Positions 18,801-29,700 of a stretch of DNA of 64,000 bases are shown here, piece after piece. Position numbers and translations under genes: made by a program. Positions within the stretch are counted from its first letter, which is position 1, and each line of letters opens with the position of its first letter. The notes below the pieces were generated by a model. The model saw nothing but the letters and a program-made list of their open reading frames with translations, had not been told where the DNA came from and did no database searches. The stretch lies in NCBI RefSeq assembly GCF_000002075.1, contig NW_004797328.1, positions 1,823,241 through 1,887,240 of the forward strand. The letters are read 5' to 3'. The DNA comes from Aplysia californica. Lineage: Eukaryota.

Positions 18801-19748
18801 GCCTCACATTTGATTCTTTGGTGTTGGATGTGATGCATGACATCATTTGCACAATTTCTCTGACTAATTTCCTGAGTTTCCAATTTTGTCTCACCTGGTC
18901 TTGTTTACTGCTTTTCTAAGACATTGAATTTCATATGTTGTAATTTTCTGGTCCAATGTCTTGTTCGTGGAACTAACACAGTAGAAAAAATGTAACTTAC
19001 TGTACATCTTCCTTAACACTAAGAGTTACAGTAATGAGTTGGTCCTTTTTGAAAAACACTCTTGTGTTTAAATTCTAAATGTGTGTGACTTAATTCTATT
19101 GCTAAATCTAATAACTTTAGAAAAATATATATACTTTTTATAAAGTTTATATTTCATGCTCAAAAAGACTTTTTAATGGGCTTCTTTCAAGTTTCTAAAG
19201 AAGGAAGAAGATGAATGTGAGGTTCTTGAACCGGTTTGACAAACAACAGCAGTTGGAGGATGATCTAAAGCCAACAACATAAAAAAGTCTATAACCCAAA
19301 CAGATGAAGGAATTTTGTTGGGGACAAATACCACAGATGATAACAAGGAAATACAGAGTAGCACAGAAAACTTGAAGATGTGAAAATCGTATTCAATACA
19401 GCTCGAATAATATGCTATTCCCCTACTAAAACACTCTATATTTTCCTTGTATTGACAGCACTGTTTTCTCAAACACCTGTACAAATATGTCAAGCATCTC
19501 GTTTCGAAAAATAGAGAAGTAGTAAAAAACAGTTATGTCTGCCACTGCTGCCTCTTCCACCTACCTTCCACGTCGTGCAACACATCCATTCTGCCACTGA
19601 ACATTGCACGCAGCATCGTGTCCTGCTTACATAGTGTGTCGATGGTGCTCAGGTGCAGGGTGCCACCTACGTTCAGTTTCACATATTTAGAGTCGGACTT
19701 CGCCCGTACTGCTTGGGTGGCCAGTGCTTGACTGGCTGCCCCAGACAT
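12832..19748 (-). CDS. KCTD10: BTB/POZ-domain CUL3 adaptor of the KCTD10/KCTD13/TNFAIP1 (BACURD) family, 289 aa
   Basis: Coding exons 19748-19565, 17375-17122, 15650-15598, 14374-14176, 13011-12832. All introns GT-AG and phase-compatible (870 nt). Motifs [74 protein letters not shown]. Confidence 0.95.
18376..18802. mobile_element. MITE-like element; partial second copy at ~15738-15900
   Basis: GTGGAATCAGGCGCT ... AGCGCCTGATTTCAC inverted termini. The left ~150 bp is repeated at 15745-15897. Confidence 0.55.
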
Positions 19749-21017
19749 TCCAGACTTATCACCAGACTCCTCACTGAAAATGTTTGACAGACAAATAAGC
19801 TATGCTATTTAAAGTTTCCAAATGGCCAATGGCTAATCAAATTGCACGAATAATATTGGTACAGAGCCCTGGTACATGCAGTAAACTTACCACAATAAGT
19901 ATCAGTGTATCCCTCTGAGGGAAAACACAACTTTTTATAACCCACAACTACAAGAGTATTTATATATATACAATATTTTCATTAACAGGCGGGGGCATTT
20001 TAACGATGTTGCTTTAAAAACATACTTAACCTTGTAATGATGAAAATTATGAACCTCATTTAGTAAGGTTTAAGATTAGTTCTTTTGTCCTTTAAGTCAT
20101 TCTAAAACACAGTTTATAAGTCATGATAAGTGCCGCAGAGTAGAGACTTCAGAGTTAGAGACTGGAGTAACAATAACATACAAAGAAAGGGAGGCGAGAC
20201 AATGACAATTGAAGATTCATACAAAAGAAATAGAAACAAACTGCACAAGAATGCCCACCAACCACCCGCATCTTTAGTTTAGTGAGAAAAAGTAACTAAC
20301 TGCAAATGTAATTATAACTTGACTGGTTGACCAGTTCAAGACCTGTTCATTGGAATCAACACTTTTGCCCTTCAATACCCACCACAAGAAAAGATAAGAA
20401 TCATATTGATATTCACATGACATTAAAAAGTTTGTTTAGTCTCCACTTTCTTGAACGGGGGGGGGGAGAGCCAATCACAAGACAAGGATCACACTGACAT
20501 GTCAGTAGGATAAATACTAAGCTGTGCAGTTTCCACTTCCTTTGTCAACTTACCAAGTATCAATGTTGATTTTTCCCCAAAGTTCCACAGCAAGCCGGTT
20601 TCCCTCCAGTGTGTCAGTCAAGTTGTAAGTGAAGCCCACTTACTGAAATTGAAATATATAGACATTTTCAGTTTGTTGTTAATGAGAAACTAAATTCACA
20701 GTTATTGTTGGGAGAGTATACAGATCAGGTAACCGGAAAGAAAGTCATGAAGTATACAGACCCGGTAAGGGAAATCTTTTGTGATGTCGGAAAGTTTCAG
20801 CACGCTCTTGGCTCAGGGTTGACCTAGAGGTTCTTCTATGGCCTAGGTTTAGATCTAGACAGACATAAATCTTAGATCTAGTTTCGAGGCTTAGATCTAA
20901 ATGAGGATTGCCGATGTATTTGCGATGAACGATAATTTTTTCTCCGTTTTCGAGTTGGAGGAATCAATAAGACAATTTGAAAAGAACAATGTCATCTAGG
21001 CCTATTGTCAATCGAGC

Positions 21018-21085
<68 letters not shown>

Positions 21086-21358
21086 TGTACACACACACCA
21101 CCGGACCAAGTCTGGGCACTGAAACTTTGCGATATCACAAAAGATTTCCCTACCGCGTCTGTACTCTTCTTGACTTTGTTCTCAGTTACCGGGTCTGTCT
21201 ACATTTCGTTGTTGCTAATCGAATCATTCTCTGAATACTAGATCTAGATCTATTACTGTACTGTATAGTCCAGGGGCGAAGGCTGACTTGTTTGACAGGG
21301 TAATCAAAGTGAGAAGGGAAAAGATATAGGGCCTCGGGATATCCCACAAGAATCTTAC

Positions 21359-21480
21359 TCGAGGCGGCAACACTGCGTTGTGAATGAAAACAAATCCTGA
21401 ATTCATGTTGTATGCCATGTTCAACCGTTAAAATAATCGGGAAAGTATCTCATTAAATATTTAGTCCAACAAACATTAAA
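21359..21480 (-). other. Candidate non-coding first exon of KCTD10
   Basis: The ATG-containing exon starts at an acceptor (TTTTCAG| at 19773), so a 5' UTR exon must exist upstream. A good minus-strand donor CGA|GTAAGA lies at 21358. The upstream boundary is unknown. Confidence 0.35.
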
Positions 21481-21980
21481 TTTATCTTTAGATGTGAATA
21501 CACAAACACAGAGCAGAGAAGCAGAGAAGCAGAGATGTCAGTTCTACATACAACACCAGAGTGTCTAAACTCTTTGTAGAACATGACAATTATTAATTTT
21601 TTATTTCACAGTTGGCTGTTTTTTGTCTAGCATTTCGCGGCCAGGAGCCGATGTCATAATCGAAGTCACGATCTGGTTATAGGACGGTAAAAAGTCGGGA
21701 GAAAAAAAAGAACTCTCAACAGTCAAGATGTTAAATTAGGAGTTAGATCTAGTTCCCCTCACATCTGTGAGGTAGACTCGACAAGTGTAATAATTTGCTT
21801 ACATAATCAGAGCTTGTGACTGCTTGGCTTATATAACTGTGGCCCGAAAGGAGTGAACAGGGTATATGTGGCAATGAAACAGCTTTGAATGCCCTATGTA
21901 TACATGTTCCCTTCAACTCTTTTGGTAGACTCTTCCAGCGTCACTGTAAGCTTACTTTTAATCAAAGCTTGCGGCTGCTT

Positions 21981-22503
21981 TTGTAAGTTTTTGTAAAGTG
22001 TTTTACGGCGCTCGCAACTGCATAGGTCATATGAGCGCGCGGGACACACCTAATATTTTTAGTTGGTAGGAAATTTCGAATTTTGCCCGGGTGGCGGCCG
22101 AAGCCTACTCTTATCGATTTTAGACCACCAAGGGATCTTTAACGTGCGCAACTTACACACGGGCCCTCCGAGATTTTTCGCCCTTGTCCGAGAAGGCTAG
22201 GTGTAGATCTTTCCTACCAGAAGATCAGGGGTGTGGCAGAAAGACAGCAGTAAAGAGGAGCCAAGGAGTAGCAGTAGAAAGGCTGCAGAAAGAGTCAGGA
22301 GCCCAGAGGAGGGGGCAAAGGAGGTGAGGGGGTGGGGGCAGAAAGAGGAGACGAAAGCAGACGACAGAATATTGCTAGAGAGCAGGAAAGGAGGTGAAAG
22401 AGACAATTTTAGAGAAGAAAATTGTTCGGTCGCTACCCGGATTCGAACCCGGGACCTTTGAATGAGAGGCCAACACCTTAACCTCTAGGCCACGAGAGCC
22501 CCC
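21981..22503 (-). mobile_element. Full-length tRNA-derived SINE with Deu/Nin-like core (family 1)
   Basis: Head GGGGCTCTCGTGGCCTAGAGGTTAAGG...GGTTCGAATCCGGG (A and B boxes). Core GCACGTTAAAGATCCCTTGG...TAAGAGTAGG. 11-bp TSD TGCGGCTGCTT at 21970-21980 and 22504-22514. Confidence 0.85.
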
Positions 22504-23493
22504 TGCGGCTGCTTATGGAGTGGCCCGATAGGGGTGAACAGGCTATTTCTATTTAATTTATGAGGTTTACGTTTATAGGCGAATTTGACTGCGACAATGT
22601 TTCAAAATTAGGAAGGGAAGCAGTGATTATTAGATTAAATATATTGAGCCTTCGCCACTGGTATAGCCTGAAATCTGAAAGACTGTTACTAACATGCCTG
22701 AAAGTCTAATATTAGTATTATCAGAATCATTATCCTCTGTCTGCTTTCAACATTCTTAGAAACAAAAAGTACCAAAAAATTAACTGCAGTGGTATTTAAT
22801 ATAAATATGACAAAAAAAGCCAATGAGCCCAATGTAGCAGTGTTGGACCCAGACCCAATCCTGCAATACTAATGGCCACCTCTATTCTCACCCCGGATGA
22901 GAATAGCGCTGGCGAGTCTTTTGGCTATTCTCACCCGGTGTGCGTTCACCGTTATAGCCTAGGCCAACCAGTGAAGCGTTCACCCTGAACCACAGAATTC
23001 TACACTGTGATATAACTGAATTGTAGAATTCTGTGCCGTGAACAAACATTCTAGATCTATTACTACTGTTAGTGTAGCCTAAAAGCGTGCAATTTTGTCT
23101 GTGGGCAGTGGAGAGAGAGAAAGAGAGGAGTAGCACGAGAACTTCTAGGCAAAACGAAATGGCGACCCGCGTAGTTCGGCTTGATTCGGAAAGTTAACTA
23201 GCCGTAGCATCTTTGTAGACGACCAAATTGATTTAGTTTTGTTTTTTAACATCATTTTTTAACTATGTTTTGGTCAATTTGATCGTCCACACCGATAGAC
23301 AGTACATTCAGAAAGAGACAGAGAGAGAGAGAGGGGGGAGGAGTAGATCTTGCGAGAACTTCCGGGCAGAACAAAATGGCAACCCGCGTAGTTCGGCTCG
23401 ATTCGAAAAGTGAAATAGCCATGGCATCTTTGAAGACTATCAAATTAGCTTACTTTTGTGCTATAATGTAATTTTTTCTTGGCTTTTATCAAT

Positions 23494-24051
23494 GGTAGTG
23501 TCAATTGATACCGAGTGACGCGGTGGCAATTGACAAAATACTTTTTGTCAATTGCCACTGAGTAAATTGGAGCTCTTTTGCGTTGTGGTGGGTAGATCTA
23601 GCTTATTGTGCTCGAATGCTCGGTGTTGTGCGTTCGCCTCTCTGTCCCTCTGTGTGTGTGTGTGTGTATGTGTGTGTGCGTGTGTCTTTTCCTGACCCCC
23701 GTCCCCCAATTTATGTTCCTCGATATAACGTGCATTTCTGCTTGAGTTTGTGTGCATTTGTGACCTTCTACTTCTAGAATTGCCTGTGTTGGTTCTGCAC
23801 CAAAGTGTCAGCTAAGGCTAGCCTAGATCTAGGCCTACGTCTCATTGAAAACACGCGAAGTTGGTACCGTAGCTCTAGACAAGATGCTCGTCCAATGAAA
23901 TTAGTTGAAAACAAATTGACCTGGAGACATATATTATAATGCTAAAGATAGTGTTGTTTTCAGACTTGACACCGCTTCACTCTGTGGCAATTGACAAAAA
24001 GTCAATTTTTGTCAATTGCCACCACGTCACTCGGTGGCAATTGATGCTACC
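23494..24051. mobile_element. Mutator/MULE-like MITE nested in family H copy 2
   Basis: ~50-bp TIR GGTAG..TCAATTG..ACCGAGTGACG.GGTGGCAATTGACAAAA. 9-bp TSD TTTATCAAT (23485-23493, 24052-24060). Confidence 0.85.
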
Positions 24052-24100
24052 TTTATCAATTTGATCCTCCACACCAAAATGAGGAAAAACAGGTCTTGTT

Positions 24101-25281
24101 TAGCAATGCCAATGAAAATTTAAATTTTCACTTTTGTCCCCTTTTTTTTGGTACTTAAGAAAGAATTTTCAATTCTAAGAATTATGCTTCTTGAATTTTG
24201 AGAATTGGTTCATAAATAAAAAAAGTTATGGGGTTGTAAAGGTCGGCAAAATATGGATGACCCACATATAGGAAAATACTCCTAAAAAGTGGACCACGCA
24301 GTAGCAGATTCTGTAAGAAAATCGACGATATCTCGGTAACTAATCGGAGTGTTCGAGAGAAACTTGGCTACCCGATGTGTTTTTGAGTGTAGAAATCATT
24401 TCTGCAGTCATATTTACTACCAATTTCGTCGCTATTTTGTTATAATTAAAATTGTGGTGTACATATTACGAGTTTGCGAAAAAGGGGTGTCGGGATGAGT
24501 CCATTTTATTTATAGCATCGTATCACAACATGGGATCTTTAAGAATATATGTCGGCGGCGTGACTAAATAATTGCAAAGCTTTTTATGATGACTTTAGAC
24601 CATGCCAACCTTAAAAGATAAGTTAATTCGATCTAGCATGCCGTACAATTAAAAATTCTTTTCCCCCGTTGAGACGCGAACACCCCGAGACGAGATAACC
24701 TCGCCTCGGAATACCCCCATAGCGATGTTACAGGGGAATAGAGAGAAAAACAACCGGATGCGCGCGCCCGCCATTGCCCTATTTCAAGTGACCAATGAAC
24801 GGGCCCGGAATAGTCTTGTGGGGATTTGTAGGTCACATACATTTGCCACGAGAGTGAGGGGAAAATGGCCGGTCTCCGTGCGAAGCCGCTTTGGATAGGG
24901 GGGTAGTCGTGCATTTATGATCAGGTCTAAACAACTACTAGACACAGAACGTTCAAATTTGAGCACACTATAGAGGATAGATAGATCTATTACCATCTCG
25001 GCGTTGAAATTCAAACTCCTTATAGTTTTCGGTGTACACGATACGAAAGTGTTCCCGACACCAAAAGTATAGGTTAATTTATGTGTACGAACTTCAATGT
25101 CCACATATCATTAGTTTGCCCTATTTTCTGATTGGTTGCCGAGTTTCATTCGGATTGGTTCGGAAATAGAGCAGACCGAGGTTGACAAAGTTAGTCACCT
25201 ACGCTTCGGCCGGGTCCGCAAAATCGCCCGTAAACGGGGACCAAATTTTCGCCTCGCGGGAAAGCCCGATTGGCATTGCTA
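24101..25281 (+). mobile_element. 1.18-kb hAT-like non-autonomous element with 7-bp TSD, copy 1
   Basis: TIR TAGCAATGCCAAT / ATTGGCATTGCTA. TSD TCTTGTT. The empty site is visible in family H copy 1 near 2366. Confidence 0.85.
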
Positions 25282-25938
25282 TCTTGTTTCACAGCGGGTG
25301 AGAATAGCCTACGCTGGCAAGTCTCACCCGGGGTGAGAGGTAGATCGTATTTTTATTCTCACCCCGGGTGAGGATAGCCACTTCCATACTAATATTATAA
25401 GTAGATCTAGATCTAGAATCTAGACTAGATCTACATCTATATCTAGATCTAGATCTAGAATCTAGTAGTAGGAGTCTGTCACTTCAAACGAGTTTTTGAC
25501 TCCTATGAGTGAGCCAGGGGTGAGGGGTGTGAGGCCATACAATCATGAAGACCACAGTAACACTTATTATTGTAGATACCATATTCGTCAACTTCCTTTA
25601 ATATTTCATATAAAAATATTTAATCTCGGCCGACCTACCTCCCTACTCTTCTTAATTCTGGTTCAGGTTCGGTTTTAGTTGCACAGGCAGGCGAGCCACA
25701 ATGGCAATCGCAATGGTGTTCCTGAATGGCCCTGAATCCTGTCAATCAAAGTATACCGTTGGTGTGGTTGCCTCAAATATAATTACATCACTAAAGTGAT
25801 TTCACTAGAACACGCTGCATGAATACAAAAACAAATAGATCTACATTGACTGAAATTGCAGAAATCGTCCACCGAATTCTGAAAGGGAGTGTAATGTAAA
25901 CACAGTCGACTATCACACTCAATTATTAGTTTAGTCAT

Positions 25939-25962
25939 TGACGTCACTGACAACACGGAAGT
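25939..25962. promoter_or_regulatory. CRE (TGACGTCA) plus ETS core (CGGAAGT) in the KCTD10/UFL1 divergent intergenic region
   Basis: TGACGTCA at 25939-25946 and CGGAAGT at 25956-25962, about 0.8 kb upstream of the UFL1 ATG. Confidence 0.3.
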
Positions 25963-26747
25963 AAGCTTGGCAAGGGGCAGGGCAGCCTGGACTGTTGAAG
26001 TCGTATTGATTTATTTTCGCTATTTATGAAAAAGGCATAATAATACATATATTGGTTTCCTTTTCTTATCTATAGCGATATAATTATACTATTTTAGATC
26101 AGGAAATAAAATATTAAGACAGACTGGAGTGACTTAAATAACATTTCATGAATCATCTACAATTCCAAACTTCTTGCTAGGCCTAATATGCGATTTGTTC
26201 TCTGTACGGAACAATTGAATTGTTGTCCCAGATTGGAAGGAGGTTTATGCAAAGAAGTCTGGTTTTTTAAAAATAAATAAATAAATAGATAAATATAAAG
26301 TTATATATCGTGTATTATTCTTTGAAAAAAGATTTAAACTCCACCATCATATTTCAACTGGCTTTCATTAATTCAATAAATATTAATTGGGGATACATTT
26401 TATTTTAAAGGCAGTAAGCAATATAAATAGGTGTAGGTAGACTCTATACCTACGAATAATGGAACACAACATGCCAGAAGTCAATCAAGATTGCAGGAAC
26501 AGTGTCAGAATTAGAAGCTGATTTGCATCCTAGGTGACTGGAAGAACTTAATTTTTTTTTTCTTTTATATTATTATGAAATTTATTTTGTCACAACGCCC
26601 ATCCAATTTGGGTTTGGCTTTTTAGTTAAAGAGAAAAATTATAATTTCAGCCGAAAAAAATTTCGACAAAAGTAAACCGGGAGCCCCATGTTCACTTACT
26701 GTCTGACAGCAAAGAGAGTAGGCTCCCTTAGATTGAATGTTGACAAC

Positions 26748-29700
26748 ATGGAAGAAGTCTGGAAACTTGCGGCGGAGTTTCAAGCGCTTCAATTGTCTAC
26801 TGCTAAGCAAAAGTACCTTTCTTCATAGTTCTTAGAGTTATTACAAATAGTACTTTGCGTTTTATAAGTAGGGGTTTCCGCTGATTTTTTACTGCTTTGC
26901 AGAAAGTTATTTTTTCATGCACCAGATGCCGCATCTGGCTGGATAGCTTTCCGATCCGGCTCCCGGTGATGTCCGGGCCGAGACCTTTCGGTGCCTTACC
27001 CACTTGCACTTTCTTTTAGATTCTTGATTCTAGATCTAATTGCACTCTCATTACAGTACTCCTTGCACTGGCGAGTATAAGATGGAATCGCAAGGGAGCC
27101 AGAAAAAAATTCCGTCTCAGACAGGGAATTTAGGGAGGAGATGGAGGGGGCTTTCAAAGTAATCAGAGGCCCAGCCCGGGCCAGTGGGATCAACAAGACA
27201 AGGGTCACTTGTCGAGTCAGCAAGTAGTGGTCGAAACTTCACACCTCTCAACTGCTATCCTCTCTGATAATGACATGCGTTAGTCTTACTTATCCAATTG
27301 CCGCCTGTGCTTGCATTTCTAAAGACCACTGTTTGACATTAAAAACAGAAAGAAGCTAAACGTTTGAAGGTCTTGTTCCCCCCTTAGCAAAATGCCACCC
27401 CTCACTGCCACGTAACGATTCGAGGAACACTTTTCTAGACTGGCCGTACGATCAAGGCCCCAGGCATTGGTCAAACTAATTACTCACCTCTGGCTGGCTT
27501 CTGGCTACCCAGGAAAGTTTCCCTGGTGGCTCCCTACTCGAACCCGAACACTTTCACTGGCACTCGTGAGATTTCACACCCACACCACCCAGACCATCTA
27601 CATCGCTCAGGGCTCACAAAGATGGGGTAACAGTTACCCCCAAATTTCACCCCTATTCCCTGTCCTCACCCGGCAGTATGGTGTTAAGTTCAGCGAAGTG
27701 ACTATTCGGGCTCGATCCGATCTTAAACAAAAATTATATTTGGACTCTGAATTGAGTCCAGCTTGACGTCTGTTCCGACTTCCGACCCTTGTTCCTATAT
27801 ATTTCCAGCATTTATGAAAAAAATTTCGCATTTTTATAGTGATAACAATCGAGACTTGAGCTTTATTATCCAGTTATTAAGATCTTTCTAAACTAGCCCT
27901 CCCTGCATCATTAGTGTATGAACAGAACAACCAAGTTGCATACTTTTCCGTGGGCAAAATCCAATGAGATTGGGTGTTGTGGTCATGCACTCTCAGCTTG
28001 CTGGGGGAAGAAGTGTGGGATGTGATTTTTCTTAACCCTTAGAGCGCTGACTTCTTTCCCCTTATATTTTCCCTCTGTGCTGAATTTATTTAGGAAAAAC
28101 GCCAGATTTGCACATATGCTCTTTTATTGGCTAATAACTTTTTTATTTGTCAAAATTTCTAATAAAAGTAAGGATAAAAGTTTTAGAATATTGAAAGTTC
28201 TTTATGATTATGTTAAGCAAAAAGTATTTTGTGAAGTTATTGCTGTAGTAATGATGTTGACAATGACTAAATAAAAACTGCCGGTTCATTAGGTCTCTGG
28301 ATCTAGACCCGAGTCTAGATGCTTCGTAGGCCTATGTTATATATTCCACAAAGTGTTAGCTCTAGCATCAAAACATCTTCATCTGAATCTGATGCGACAC
28401 TATTTTCATGTTTGTCGCGGGTCGCAATCGCAAATTTTCCAACTTCACTATCTCTTGACTTCAACGTGAAACGAAAAACTCCTCGTGCCTCGATCGAACC
28501 CCGTGACAAGAAAAATGGCGGTCGAAATCACTTCTGCGTAACCTACCAGCCAGCAGTATAAAAATTAGTACGTCGTTCTTTTCGTACATCGCGTTATACT
28601 ATGCCAATGTCTATCGCGACCGGCGGTCGCGATCAGCACTTGACGAAAGTTCGGGCCGTCGCGACCTGTGGTCGCAATCAGCACTCTAAGGGTTAAAATT
28701 AATCACAGAAAAACTATTATAATAACACACAACAATATGAAATTAATCATGGAAAAACAAATGCTGGTGGAAGTAATGATGTTGCTGTAGTGGTGGTGGA
28801 AAGACCCTGAGTTATCGGTTACAGTGTACTTAGATAGCAATGCTAATCAGGCTTCCGCGCCCGGCAAATATTTGGTCCGGCACGGCCGTTTGCGGGTGAA
28901 TTTTTGGACCTGGTCAAAATGATAGTGACTAACTTTCTCAAGCTCATTACTCTATATCTGGATCAATGTGAATGAAACTTGAGAACCAATTAGAAAATAG
29001 GGCAAACTAATTATATGTGGAAGTTGAAGTTCGTACCTATATATTAACCTATATATATAACTTTTAGTATCGGAAACTCTTTCGTATCGGCTACACCGAA
29101 AACTCTAAGGAGTTTGATATTTGACGCCGAGATGGTGAGAGATCCATCTTTCCTCTATAATGTGCTAAAATTTGAATGTTCTGTGTCAAGTAGTTGTGCA
29201 GAATTTATCATAAATGTACCACTACCCCCCTGGCCAAAGCGGCTTCGCACGGAGACCAGCCATTTTCCCCCTTACTCCCTTTGCAAATGTAAATGACCTA
29301 CAAATTCCCGCTTGACTATTCTGAGCCCGTTCATTGGTCACTTGAAATAGGGCAATGGCGGGCATGCGCATCCGATCGTTTTTCTCTCTGTTCCCCTGTA
29401 ACATCACAATGGGGGTATTCCAAGGTGAGCTTATCTCGCCTCGGGGTGTTCGCGTCTCAACTGGAAAAAGGGGTTTTAATTTAACGGCATGCTAGATTGA
29501 ATTAAATTATATTTTATGGTTGGCATGGTCTAAAGTCATCAAAGAAAGCTTTGCCATTATTGAATCAGGCTGCAAACATATTCTTAAAGATCCCATGTTG
29601 TGATACAATGCTATAAATATAAAATGGTCTCTTCCTGACACCCCTTTTTCGCAAAATCGAAATATGTACTCCAAAATTTTTGTTATAACAAAATAACTAC

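Larger units (their letters stand above)
22874..25385. mobile_element. Non-autonomous DNA transposon family H, copy 2, with two nested insertions
   Basis: 8-bp TSD ATACTAAT (22866-22873, 25386-25393). Imperfect termini GGCCACCTCTATTCTCACCCCGG versus (rc) GGAAGTGGCTATCCTCACCCGGG. Confidence 0.85.

Noticed and set aside
22430-22503. tRNA-like sequence with A/B boxes and a CTC anticodon-like triplet
   Set aside because: It is the head of a SINE: imperfect stems, continues into the SINE body, flanked by a TSD.
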